From contig OX597830.1 of NCBI GenBank assembly GCA_951406725.2, forward strand, positions 69,254,001-69,318,000: DNA of 64,000 bases. Direction: 5' to 3'. Numbering within the stretch: position 1 is the stretch's first letter; the number at the start of each line of letters is the position of its first letter. Positions 1-12,790 of the stretch are shown piece after piece. The position numbers and the translations under genes are program-made. The notes beneath the pieces are model-generated. The model was not told the DNA's origin. It ran no database searches and was given only the letters and a program-made list of their open reading frames with translations. The stretch comes from Octopus vulgaris (lineage: Eukaryota).

Positions 1-583
1 ATACAATGTTTTGATTAGCAGATATTTCTAATTAAATGAAAGTCTCCGCCACATCACATCGCAGTTCGAAGGCAAAGCATTTGAAATGCAAAAACGAGAG
101 ATTGATAGGAAATAATTAATAAGCGAAAGATAGAGTGAAGCCCTAGCAGTCTGAAAACATTTTAGGGGTTACTGATTGCATGGGACATATTTTCAGTTAA
201 ACTTAGAAACTTTTCTTTACAACCTTGATAATATGTAGCTGCCTGGTCAATATTGAAAAGAGAAAGCAAATCTTTACATAGATATATACATACAAACATA
301 CACACATAAATACCTACGTACATATACATACATACGTACATATACATACAAACATACATACATACATACATACATACATACATACATACATACATACATA
401 CATACATACATACATACATACATACATGTATGCATGCATGCATATATAATTAAACTGCCCTGGTTGCTAGCTGTAAGGTGAAACAAGGAAGGATGTGTAG
501 GATTACAGGATTTGAGAGGTAAATATATCAATCAGACACACAAACACTCTCACATCATACACACTCACATACACACACACACA

Positions 584-656
<73 letters not shown>

Positions 657-1887
657 ACGCTCATACACAGAAGTATGCAGCGACATTTAATATCCTTATT
701 GTCGCCCGTAATTCAAGTACCATGCAGTTTTGATATAGTTCTTCGTATTCCACTTGAGATTCTTGCTCACTTTCTCATAATTATTCGATGAATCATGTTC
801 TGCTCTATTTTAAACAAACCTACACGTTGTATTATTATTTTTACTTCCTAATTCAATGAATAATCACAAATATCTTTGTATAGAAATCAACTTCTGTCTG
901 GGCAAACGATATTTCAGCAAAGAAGCATTAAACTATATTCACGATAAATGCAGGATAAAACAATGATAATCTTGGCAGCGTTTTCTGGAAGTTGAATGTA
1001 GTCTTCGAAGAAGGCTCAAAAGTACTCCTTAATTTTGGTGATGCATGACCTGTAGGAGCGCAGATATTTCCATCTTGTTATTGGGTATGTAAGGGAATAT
1101 TAGGGTGTGCATTTAGCTATATGCATTTAAAAATCCTTTTCAATTTAATACTATGATACATTGGTTATTAGCTGCAAAGTGAAACAAGGATGACAAATAT
1201 CATAATAGGTTTTGACATGTAAATACATAAATAAAACACACACACATACACAAAGAAGCACGCACTCACACATGTGCACATTCTCTCACGCATAAAACCA
1301 CGTTCAGTCTCCTTTATCTCTCTCGGAATTCATGTACCACGCAGATTTATTTAATCTGTTTGTATTCGATTTGAAATGTTTGTTGAAATTCTCATAAATA
1401 CCCTGCCCTATTTTAAACATACCCAGATGTTGCCATGTAACATCAACCCTTAGGAACGAGAAATGCAGCAACAAAATCATTAGCAATTAAGTTTAGGTTG
1501 AACCTATTTTCATACGTATACACGTACTTGCCGTGCTCCCTATCTACCTGCCTATATACATACACACACGTATATGCATACATACACACATACATGCATG
1601 CATGCATACATAGATACATACATATTACATGCATTCATACATACATAAATAACTACCTACATGCACACATGCATGCATACATACATGCATATATATGTAT
1701 ACACTTTATTTTGTGTGTGTTCGTCTTTGGGTGTCTAAGCGACCTTCGATTTGGGTATATGTGTATATTTGTATAGATCTATCTTTTTCTCCCTGAAACA
1801 ATATATATATATATATATACTAGCTGAAGGTGACCCGCTCTACGCGCGGGTAAGAGTGTGGTTGTTACTTTCTGTTGCTTCCTTTCA

Positions 1888-2182
1888 GCACGTAAAAAGC
1901 ACCATCCGAACGTGGCCGATTGCAGCGCCGCCTTGACAGGCTTCTGTGCCAGTGGCTCGTAAAAAGCGCCAACCGATTGTTACCGCTCCAAGCCCACCTG
2001 GCACCTGTGCCGGAGGCACGAACAAAGCACCCACTTGGCGTTAAAAATGTCATCCACCTGTAGAAACACTGCCACATCAGACTGGAGCCTGGTGCAGCCT
2101 CCTGGCTTCCCAGACCCCGGTCAAACTGTCCAACCCGTGCTAGCTCGGAAAACGGACGTTAAGCGATGATGATGATGATGAT
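1888..2182 (+). mobile_element. SINE 3' part with a (GAT)n tail, nested in the Helitron
   Basis: gcacgtaaaaagcacc...aaacggacgttaagcgatgatgat. Related copies at 24124, 30586 and, reversed, at ~61560-61735, 62250-62570 and 63285-63460. Confidence 0.7.
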
Positions 2183-2935
2183 TCTCTCGCTTTGTTTCTC
2201 TCTCCTTTTTCTCTCACTTTCCCTCTCTCTTACTTTTCTTTTCTCTCGGACTCTCCTTCGCTTTCACTTACTCTCTATCTTTATCTATCTCCCTCCCATT
2301 TATAAACAACAAAAGATCTTGAGTAAGTTGAGAAATAAAATATTTAGAAAGATCAATCATAAATATCAGGCAGTGGCAACGGAAAGGTCTGCTTCAAGGC
2401 AGACAGCAAAACGCTAACATTTAAAAGGGACAGACGAACTTGCGAGCTGAATAAAAATAATAAAATATTGGAAAGCAAAGTTTGAAGGGATAGAATCTGG
2501 GGATAGTAGAGTCACCATGGCTGGCATTTCTTAACGACGGACAGCAACGTATTGACAGTTTAACGGCTGGCATAAAATTTTGATCTTGATGTAAAAGAAA
2601 ATTCGTAAACACCAACTGGTTCTTTCTCACGACAGTAGACTCACCATGGCAAGCATTCCAAACCTCTTCATCATGGACGGCAACACATTGAAGATTAAAA
2701 GGCTGGCGCAATTTTTTTAGCTTGCTGTAACAGAGAATTCCTAAACACTCGCTCCTTTAAATTTTAATCCCCTTCCAGCCCCATTTATACACCTTTTCAC
2801 ATTTTGGTTAATATAACCCGATTTCATTCGGGTCTACTGGGGCAACATTTTATAAGATGAGGTATTTTGTCCTAGAGGTCCCGCCTTTCATTTGAGTAAA
2901 AAATAGTTGTCATGCAAACTTGCCAGCACTTTTAA

Positions 2936-4023
2936 CCATTTCATTACCAAACCGCCCAAAGCCGCCCGAAAAAAATTTTGGTTAATGTGACCACACCGCC
3001 CAAACCCGCCCGTATTTTCCTATTTATATTTAAATGAGAATATCAGAGCAAATCTCTTTATTACATTCGTGAAAACACGTGATTATACTTCGTAAACAGT
3101 TCATCTACAGTTTTGTACAACGATCGAAGTGTAATTTTAATTCCGTGAATTTTGGGAGATTTTTTTCCGAAATTTGTTTCTATTGTGATTTCAAAATTTG
3201 TAATTCTGACAGAAAATGGATACGAATTTCATCATATCAAGCAGCGAGTCCGAATTCGAAGGATTTTCTACTGAAGACCTTGATAAATTTAACTCTATGA
3301 CTGAAAAAAAAACAGGACGTGGTATTTGATAATGGATCGGATGTTTCATTTTCCGAAAGTGAAAACAGTGAATCCGAGAGCTCCGACAGCGATAAAGAAA
3401 ATGAATTGGCACCTGAATGGAGTGAAAATTGAAAAACTGTTTCTTTCGGTGATTTTTCTGAAGAAACTGGACCAAGCCACAGACTTTCCCAGGAGAGTAA
3501 AGCCTTAGACTATTTCTTTTTACTTTTTCGAATGAACCTATTTGAAATCATTACGGCGGAAACGAACCGTTACGCTAAATGTAAACAAAGCGAAAGAAAG
3601 GATAGTTAGTGGTTTCCCACAACCTTAAATGAAATTAAGACTATTTTGCCATAAATATTATTATGGGTATCAGAAAGTTACCCAGAATAACAAATTCTAT
3701 CGTAAAATTTTGTTGTATACCCAATTGAATATTAGCTAATAACTCATTTTCTATAGCGATGTTTGAACAAAATTTTGATAATTTTATATTTTGTTGAATT
3801 TACCTGATTCTACCTGTAATTAGAGTCACTTTGTGACAAAAATCGTAGTATAGAATTGTTTGAGAACTTTTCATTAAATTATCTTCCAAAAATCACATTA
3901 ATATATTGATAAATAAAAATGTTATAGTTGTTTAATGAAACCAAACTAAATTTATGATTACGTTAGAACTTACTTGAAACACATAAGGGGTGTATTTTGG
4001 TCAGAAATATAGTATCGAAAGGG
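2936..4023 (+). mobile_element. Internally deleted piggyBac element nested in the Helitron
   Basis: TTAA at 2932-2935. Left TIR CCCTTTCGTTACC (best preserved at 25188) and right TIR AGTATCGAAAGGG followed by ttca, a decayed TTAA. Confidence 0.85.
3216..3700 (+). pseudogene. piggyBac (PGBD4-like) transposase N-terminal remnant
   Basis: Manual translation across stops and frameshifts gives an acidic S/E/D-rich start, then DYFFLLFRMNLFEIITAETNRYAK...WFPTTLNEIK...IIMGIRKLP, typical of a piggyBac N-terminus. Confidence 0.85.
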
Positions 4024-4081
4024 TTCATAGGTGTGCATATTTTCAGCTGAACCGACCGACCATATAATGCACACTTTATAC

Positions 4082-4120
<39 letters not shown>

Positions 4121-4840
4121 CGCATTATATTTACAAATTATATATATATGTATAAATTAAATTTGAGAAAAAAACCACTCAGAGGCAAAAAAACAAAAAC
4201 AAAAACATAAAAATTAAAATATTATATAGAAAATATAGAATATTGAAAACTTTCAATTATTTAAATTTAGAATAAAAATTATTAAATTATATTTATAATT
4301 TGTTTTAAAATATATATAACTATCAAAATGTATTAAAAAGTTTAAGATACATAAATACAGTTATATACACTTTGTATATTTACATTATATATACATATTT
4401 ATATATCGAACACACACACACACACACACATATATAAATGAACGCAATGAATATCTGATTCATAATATTTGTTCTCATGATTGTGTGTTGTTGGTGGCAA
4501 TGATAATACTCCCTATGAATGCAGGCAGATAGATCAAAGAACGCCGTCTGACGAACTTATAAAGGAAAAGTGAAAGGGAGTTGAAGGGAATACATTAAAT
4601 AACGGGAGTGGAATTGTCAAAGTTATACAATAAAGGGCAGGAAAAGGGGAATGGAGGAAATAGCGTGAGTGAGAAAGATGGCCCCTAGCAACCACACCTT
4701 TCAAGATAGGGATTTCTAACGTCGCCCACAGGCATCGTCACCTCATTCTACATGTCCCTGTAAATTTTAGAGCGAATCGGACGGGACGTTGTGGCATTGA
4801 AAGCGAGCCAAACGGTAAAAATGCATTTCAGTTTTATATA

Positions 4841-4909
<69 letters not shown>

Positions 4910-5484
4910 TATATATATATATATATATATTTACGTGTTACTATTTAGTCCTTTTGCAACATTGAAATAGACCTTCCGGTACTTATGCCCTGTATGATCA
5001 TTCCTTACTATTATGCATATATTCGGGTATAATTCTATTTATATTTATTTTCCAGCTGCTAATGCACTCTGTCAATCAATTCACAGACTGACCATTTCCA
5101 AAGACACCCATCTTCATATCTGTCTTACATCCCCCTCCCTCTCTTCTGTACTTTCTTTCTCACCATCTTTCTTTCCTTTCTCTCCTCTATTGTTTTGAGG
5201 AGTATTTATTCTCCCTTTATCATTTCACTTAAATATAATTTCAAACTATTTCCTTTACTTTTCACAGACTGACCATTTCCAAACATAGACTTTTTATAGT
5301 CCTCTTCCTTCCCCCTCCCTCTTTCATGTGCTTTCTCCTTCTCACCACGCTTACTTTCTGTCTCTCGTCTACTTTATGTCTTGGTGAGTATTTATTTATT
5401 TATTTATTTATTCATTCATTTATTTATTATTTGTGTCTTTACTATTTCTCTTAACATGATTTTATTTTTAAATATTTTACTCTT

Positions 5485-5732
5485 TTTACTCTTTTACTCT
5501 CTTACTTGTTTCAGTCATTTGACTGCTGCCATGCTGGAGCACAGCCTTTAGTCGAGCAAATCGACACCAGGACTTATTCTTTGTAAGCCTAGTACTTATT
5601 CTATCGGGGTCTTTTGAAGAACCGCTAAGTTACGGGGACGTAAACACACCAGCATCGGTTGTCAAGCGATGTTGGGGGGACGAACACGGACACGCAAACA
5701 TATACACAAACACATACATATGTATGTATATA

Positions 5733-5786
<54 letters not shown>

Positions 5787-5947
5787 CGACAGGCTTCTTT
5801 CATTTTCCGTCTACCAAATCCACTGACAAGGCATTGGTCAGCCCGAGGCTATAGAAAACACTTGCCCAACGCGACACACAGTGGGACTGAACCCGGAACC
5901 ATGTGGTTCGTAAGCAAGCTACTTACCACACAGCCAATCCTACGCCT
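5485..5947 (-). mobile_element. tRNA-derived SINE (octopus OR/OK-like) with an internal (TA)n
   Basis: The minus-strand head has A-box-like TGGCTGTGTGG and B-box-like GGTTCAGTCCC. Copies at ~21220-21742, 27700-28152, 34195-34673 and 59171-59561, partial at 19615-19805. Confidence 0.8.
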
Positions 5948-6010
5948 ATTTTGTTTAATTTTTATTCAGTTTTCCACTTCAGTCCTTCTCATCTTTCATT
6001 CTTTCTTTTT

Positions 6011-6799
6011 GTTAATTATCTTTCTCTATGCTGCTCATCTCAGTCATCCTCGACATGATCGACAGCGATAAAATGTGCTTTTGGACCACATCTTAATAAT
6101 GTGCTTATGAGTGTGTGTGTGTGTGTGTGTGTATGCTTGTATGCATGTATGTGGTTATGAGTGCATATATTTATGTATGGATGTAAATATGTGTCTGTAT
6201 GCATGTACGTATTTCTTTTTCTCTTTTTAAATTAGAGTAATTTAGGCCTGAGCAACTACATTTTTTTCTTTATTGCCCTTGTGGCTAAACAAGGACTGGC
6301 AAAGGGATAGAGTTGATTACATCAACCCCAGTGCGTAACTGGTACTTATTCAATCGACTTATTCCTCCTTCAAGTGTTTTATGCTATCCTCCGTCCTCGA
6401 CCTGATCTTCCATCCCTGATAAGGATATTGCTACGAGTTTAATGCTCCTTCAAAATCAAGGAGTGATTGCAAACCAATGAACTACTGATGATTATATTGT
6501 AGCTGTACTTGCTGCATTATTGTTCAAGCGTTTGTTAATTAACAGAAATGTCACTGGAGAGTCAAGTTTCCGGAAAACTGTATTTGTGCATTGCGTCTCT
6601 AGCAGTTTTATTCTGCAAATTATGCTTGCTGTAATTTTTAATTGATACTTTTTCAACCCTAATTTGAATTATGCTAGTCTTGAGTAATTGCGATGTAACT
6701 AAAGAACACATTGTAATTTAAACTTCTCCAGGAATATTAATTTAAGCAAAAGGATAGATAAAAGCAAAATTTTGCAATTCATTGCACTCCTCCCCTATA

Positions 6800-6878
<79 letters not shown>

Positions 6879-8505
6879 AATAAGAGTAAACAATAGCTTT
6901 AATGGTTTTTAAAAAAAAACAACAATTATTTACCGGAAGTTTTCGGCATGTAAATATAACCATTAACGGTGGAAACTTCTATAAAAGTTCAATATATATT
7001 TTGTATATAAATGAAAAAAGGTAGGCAACATGTTGCTCAGCCACATACCGAAAAAATTAGAAATAGAAGTCAAAGACTGTTTATTTCTATTTTCTACAAA
7101 TAAGACTCCACATACTACATTTTTTTTACACACAATTTTTTGTACATGATGAAGGGTTTGCCAATTGTTGATGTAGCTCCCAAAAAATATATTTGAGCTT
7201 CATGTTACCCATATATTCATTAGTGAAATATTTCAGTATGTTGGGACTGATAAAGTAGCATGAAGTATCATGAAAGCCCAACTTCTCTGTGCCTTCTGCG
7301 TGCTGAAAGCAGCCCTCTAAAATGGCATGGCAATGCTTCTCAATATTTGTAATACTGCCACCTGGCGTGTGTGTTTGTGTGTGTGGTTGGCGCATCTGTA
7401 CAATGCCCTCGTGTTTGGCACCGATTTTGGAATACTGTTAAATAGATAATTCAAGTATCTTAAATGTAATATGCGAATAAATTGGTTCTTGTCACAATTC
7501 ACAACATCGAAACACACACACACACACACACACACAATAATTTGTATCATAAACCGTGAATCCTCGAAATTTTTCTGAATATATCGCTTTTCCATTTGTA
7601 AATTATTTTCAAATTTTAATAAAGAACGTATGTATCATACTGTCCTGTTTTAAACATTGAAACGAAAATATATAAAAGGAATTTCGAAAAAACTTCAAAA
7701 GTAAAGACATTGTTGGGGTTGGGTTAGCAAATTAATAAAACTATATTTCCGTGGTTTCTTAATCAGTCTTTTGCAATTAATATCGGAATAGACTATCAAA
7801 AACTACCCAGAAAAACAATTAGTTATAGATTTTTAAATGGAATTCTTTGATTAAAACACCAGCAAGTAGGAGTTACTTTATTTCTGCAAAAATATGGGGA
7901 ATGATTACGGAGATGTACTTGCATAGCGAACGACTTGATCTGAGATCGTGTGCTGGAACGAAAACAATTGCAGCGTGGAAGTTGTTTATAAGCCATTTAC
8001 GAAACACACAAAACCGTTAGATTCACTTCAACATTTAAATTTAATTTGTCAAAATATTTTCATCGCTTTGAGACCGCGACCTGTTCACTGACAAAGCTTC
8101 GTTGCTAAAGCGACGAAAATATTTTGACAAATTAAATATAAATGTTGAAGTGAATCTAACGGTTTTGTGTGTTTCTTAAATGGGGAATGATCGCGATTTA
8201 AAAAACCTTTGATAAGGGATCAGAGCGATCAGTTACAGCTTGACGATAAACAACAAAGTCATTAAATATGATAAAACAGATTCCACTGCCAACATTTGAA
8301 GCAGTCTTTCTAGATTACATGTGAGAGACGCAACACATTCTCACATTTATAAACTCAAACAGAATATCTTCTCAATAACAATCAGTCAACATAATATTGC
8401 AACATAAATTCGACAAATAAAGTACACGAAACGCATTGAAGTGTGACGTAGCCCATACTAAATGAGTAAATTCGGTAAAATGGGCTTTTGTATACATATA
8501 TGCAC

Positions 8506-8603
<98 letters not shown>

Positions 8604-8761
8604 GTATATATAGACAGATAGATATATAGATAGATAGATAGATATGAAAACATACACATACGTGCACAAATGTACATACAAATATATTTGTTTATAGCTC
8701 TCCGTCAATGTTAACGACGACATTGTCCTCTAGGAGTCTTATCCTACATTTTGTGAGTTGA
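6011..8761. repeat. Direct repeat unit B, copy 1 (~2.75 kb)
   Basis: Near-identical to 13328-16139, from gttaattatctttctc to cctacattttgtgagttga. Differences are mostly microsatellite length. Confidence 0.95.
7906..8179. mobile_element. Short foldback insertion with a 12-bp flanking direct repeat, probably Penelope-derived
   Basis: ATGGGGAATGAT at 7894-7905 and 8180-8191. ~77-bp inverted arms at 7993-8069 and 8107-8183. An unfolded relative lies at ~58540-58724 in the opposite orientation. Second copy at 15222-15495. Confidence 0.7.
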
Positions 8762-9164
8762 GACACATTGAAAAGCCGGTCTAGCGAGATTGCAGAGGTG
8801 CTTGAACAGAGACGTGTTGATGTATGTTGCGTACAAGAGTTAAGATAGAGAGGAGATTCAGCCAGTCCTCACAGGCAAAGAACATAGGTATAAACTCTTC
8901 TGGAAAGGTAATAGTGACTGAATAAGGGATGTAGGCATACTTCATGCAGAAACATAGGTGGATAAGGCCGTAGATGTAGCGAGGGTGTACGAGAGAATAC
9001 TTAAACTCAGACTAGTCTTGCAGGATGGTATAGCTACAATTATCTCCGCCTATCCCCACAAGCGGGCCTACCAAATGAACAGAATTATCTCTTTTATGAT
9101 ATTCTTCTGCATGCTACCTCAAAGACGAATGATATTGATCTCATCTTTGTAGCTGGAGAATTTA
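8762..9164 (+). mobile_element. RTE-type LINE AP-endonuclease fragment
   Basis: Translates as TLKSRSSEIAEVLEQRRVDVCCVQE...IISAY-P...FVAGEFN with frameshifts. Confidence 0.75.
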
Positions 9165-9590
9165 ATGTTAACGGTTCCTCATGAAGATAATATGGACGCC
9201 GCACGGGCTCGAAAATTTAACTGTTATGTAAACCTCCTCGAGGAATGTGAAGACGCAGGCTGGAAAGCGGAACATTTTCCAATCGAAGTTGGATGTAGAG
9301 GGTTCGTTGGACACAGTGTGAGACGACTGTTGTTATCGCTAGGCCTAACCCATCGTAAACTCAATACCACCATGACCGATATCCAATCTACAGTGGAGAA
9401 GACTAGCCATTGGATTTGGTTAAAAATAGACGATGAGCGATGGCTAAAAGGATATTGAGCTTAATTTGATAACCAGCTGATCTAGCAATTGGGGCTTCAT
9501 ATCAGTGAGGTGGGGGGTGCGCATTGATTACGTCGAGAAGTAGGCCCCGAAACGGCGTGCATTCTCTCCTGATGACCCCACACACTTGCT
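9165..9590 (+). mobile_element. Restriction-like endonuclease (RLE) C-terminus and 3' UTR of a HERO/NeSL-like non-LTR element
   Basis: ORF 9165-9458: LTVPHE..A.ARK..Y..L...C...GW...FPIEVGCRGF...S.WIW. Confidence 0.75.
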
Positions 9591-9808
9591 GGCTTCCGGT
9601 ATACAGAGCTTTTGACTGGTAGCACTTGCATGTGCAAGTTGTTTGCAAGACATGTGTGGGTGATTATCACTGTTTGCATATGTGTATGTATGTATGTATG
9701 TATGTATGTATGTATGTATGTATGTTTTCATGCAAGCATGTATGTATGTATGTATGTGTGTATGTATGTATGTATGTATGTATGTATGTATGTATGTATG
9801 TATGTATG

Positions 9809-9841
<33 letters not shown>

Positions 9842-10789
9842 TATTTTGACATTTTGAAAAAGAACGTCTGAATCATATTTTGTTTAAATGTAGGAATACA
9901 AACATATAAAATGAATTTCGAAAATGTTCAAAAGTGAAGATTTTGTGGTGTAGTTGGATGAAAAGTTAATAAAAACAATATTGTTTTTAAAATATCGGAA
10001 TAGTGTCGAAACTACAGGGAGAAACTATAAATTATAGATTTTTAAAAGGAATTGATTAACATTCCTAAGAGTTCACAGATAACGAAGCATGTGTTACATC
10101 ATTTCTGCAAAAGTTCGAAAGCATTTGATCAGGGATCAGAAAATTAGCCAAAGGTTTCAGGATAAACAAAATAATCATAAAACAGATACATACGATTGCC
10201 AAATTTCAAGTCACTTCATCAAAGCCAAACTGTTCAATTCAGTTTCTTTAAGTAGAATGATGCGGTCTTAACCTCACACCCACACATTCAATAGTGAAGC
10301 GCATTGAAGTATAACAGAGGTCATACTGATTATAAAGAAAAACGGTAACCTTAAACCGAAAGTCAAATCTATTTATCAGGAGGCCGTGACAGCTGCAATT
10401 TGCCACTCCTATATAAGATCATACAATGCATTCTAATCGTGACAAAACTTAAGAATACACTAACATGACAGGTCAAATGACAAAATTTGTATACTTACGT
10501 AATCCAATATACATTCATGTAGACATCCATCCGTACATCCATCCATTCATCCGTTCATATATACATACATACATATATACATACATACACACATACATAC
10601 ATATATACATGCATACACACATACATAAACACATGCTTATATACATAGATACATAAATTTATGGATACATATGCATATATAAATACATGAATGCATACGT
10701 ATATATATATATATACGTACATGCTTATATACATACATACATGCATACATACAGACATACATGCATAATCTTTTAACCACCAAATGTCT

Positions 10790-11690
10790 AAGTGCATCTC
10801 TTGACCAGGTTTGCATATATGAGGCTAAGATCATAAGACTTGGAAAGCGGCTCTATGAGCAGCATTTCTTGTCTGATAAGCTTAAATACATATCAAAAAA
10901 GCCGCACGACTCTACCACGGTATGTCATCAGATGAAAAGATGAGCGCATATCAGCAGAAGCCCATGCATGTATATGTGAGTAGGAAGCACCGAGATAATA
11001 GTAACATTTGTCACTAAAGCAGTCTATTATAGACCAGCAACCAGATTCCTACTTCCCACCTTCACTTGAAGGGTATGCGGTTGCAATCCAGGGATATGAA
11101 ATATCAAACAAATATACGATGCACAAAAGAAGAGAGATACATGAAAAGCAGTAATATATGAAAACCTATGCAGTTGTTCGAAAATGTCATCACAGTATTA
11201 GCTACCGATGAGATATGATGTAGTAGCTAGGACATTGTATATAACGAGTTCCGTCGGAAGCATAAACCCGAGAACAAAGAAGAACCCACGGTATGGTAGA
11301 CTCCATATCCATTTATAATAAAAAGGAGTACTGGTGAAATGCTCCTCTGGAAACCTCAATAAATTATAAACATATTATACGTGGTATAATCATTTGGGAT
11401 AGAGAAGAGAGACTGTGTATAGTTGTGGAAATCAACTCCCCTGCAGATGTTAACATAAAGCCGAAGAGAAGCGAAAGAGAAAATACGCTGAAAAATAAAA
11501 TACCTACGCAAAATCTGCAGTTACTCTAATCAGATTACAAGTTCGTGTTTATACCTGTAATTATTAGGGCACTAGTATATATAACACAATGCGAAAATAC
11601 CAGTCTTGAGTAATTGGACTTCTCAAACTCAGAAAGAAGAAAGCTAATTCGAAGACTACATATCCAAGCAATCTATGGAACTCTAAATAT
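10790..11690 (+). mobile_element. R4/NeSL-type RLE LINE C-terminal remnant
   Basis: Decayed SCSKMSS.Y.LPMR(H)DVVA, IIIWDRE...VVEINSPADVNI and FVFIPVII.AL motifs. Confidence 0.65.
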
Positions 11691-11882
11691 CTTATAAAAT
11701 TTTCCAGAGGCTTATAGTTTAAGTATATATGAGTATGTCTAGATATGCAAGTATATGCATTGGAATACATACATAAAACAAAAAATATCTTATAAAATTT
11801 TCCAGAGGCTTATCATTTAAGTATATATGAGTATGTCTAGATATGCAAGTATAAGCATTGGAATACATACATAAAACAAAAC
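11685..11882. repeat. Two-copy tandem repeat, 98-bp period
   Basis: aaatatcttataaaattttccagaggctta begins at 11685 and at 11783. Confidence 0.9.
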
Positions 11883-12289
11883 ATAAAAATTTGCACATAC
11901 ACAAATATTTGATTTATATTTTTGAAATTCAAATGAAGAAGAATTGGTTCTGGGTTAGAATCCGGCTCCTCTATTGTCACGAAAGCTTGAAATAAAACTG
12001 AATAAAACTGAATACTGGCGAACATACATAAATGCTTACATACATACATAAATAGATATATATGCATACACACATGCATAGATACATACATACATACATA
12101 CATACATACATACATACATACATACATACATACACAAAAGACACAAATCTGTACGTATACATATATACATACACACAAAAATATCCTGTTGTTGATGCTA
12201 AAATTACAATGAAAGAGCCTTGGATTTTTGTTAGGAAACCGGCCCTTTCTCTTTTGGCAAGAAATCTTGAAATAAAACTGAATAAAAAC

Positions 12290-12790
12290 ATACGTACATT
12301 CTCAAAGGCTACAGAGCTGCAGTTTGGCCAGAATAAATGTTGCTACATGATTGTGAAATGAGGGATGCTGTAAGCAAGACTAGCAAAATTTCCAACACTG
12401 ACTTAACTGTTTCCTCTATATCTGATGAGGGATGTTACAGGCACCAAGGGGTGGAAGAGAACATATCATACAATGACACATGTAACAACAAATCATGTGT
12501 CATTAAAGAATGTTATAGTCGAATAAAAAACATTTGGACCCAGAACTCTGCATTCAGAAAAAAAAAACAGTGACTCAAAATGTATTTGCTGTGCCAATAC
12601 TCATACCAACATTTAGGCTGGTTGGACGCTCGATGAGATCCGAACTATTGATGTGAAAACCCCAAACATGCTAACCAGCAGACACAAGTTCCACACCAAC
12701 AGTGACGTACAACGCCAATACCTAAAACGAAAACAAGGCAGCAGAGGTTTAATATCAATCCAGACTGCCTTTCAATGTCGTATCCCTTCG
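12290..12790 (+). mobile_element. R4/NeSL-type LINE RT-thumb remnant
   Basis: FSKATELQFGQNKC, YRHQGVEENISY and IKECYSRIKNIW motifs. A related fragment lies at 37560-38115. Confidence 0.6.

Larger units (their letters stand above)
1820..4840 (-). mobile_element. Non-autonomous Helitron (~3 kb, composite) inserted in a (TA)n tract
   Basis: The minus-strand 3' end has a hairpin (ACCCGC..GCGGGT, 1833-1851) then TTCAGCTAG|T. The 5' end reads TATATAAAACTGAA, as in the Helitron at 61228. Empty sites occur at ~20640 and ~37050 (caatatatatatacgtgtt). Confidence 0.8.
1..6010. repeat. Macro-repeat unit A, copy 1 (left end cut by the window, right end fused to unit B)
   Basis: Starts atacaatgttttgattagcagatatttc, as at 22314, 28724 and (near-identically) 35245. 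It is colinear with those copies until ttcattctttcttttt at 6010, then switches to unit B. Confidence 0.95.

Noticed and set aside
140-270. Imperfect hairpins that could be pre-miRNAs
   Set aside because: Pairing is weak and AT-rich with no recognised mature miRNA; small-RNA data would be needed.
162-733. Many ORFs rich in [16 protein letters not shown], poly-S or poly-F throughout the window
   Set aside because: They are translations of (TACA)n, (TA)n, (CA)n and (GAA)n microsatellites, not genes.
880-1090. Possible exon in the unit A backbone (AG/GT signals on both strands)
   Set aside because: All frames hit stops within about 40 codons and no homology was recognised.
7146-7249. ATGATGA ... 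CTGA, a possible C/D-box snoRNA
   Set aside because: No terminal stem and no rRNA-complementary guide that I could identify; these boxes occur often by chance.
9545-9580. GAAAC...CTGATGA after the HERO-like ORF as a permuted hammerhead
   Set aside because: The flanks (ggcccc / cccc) cannot form stem II, so it is treated as LINE 3' UTR.
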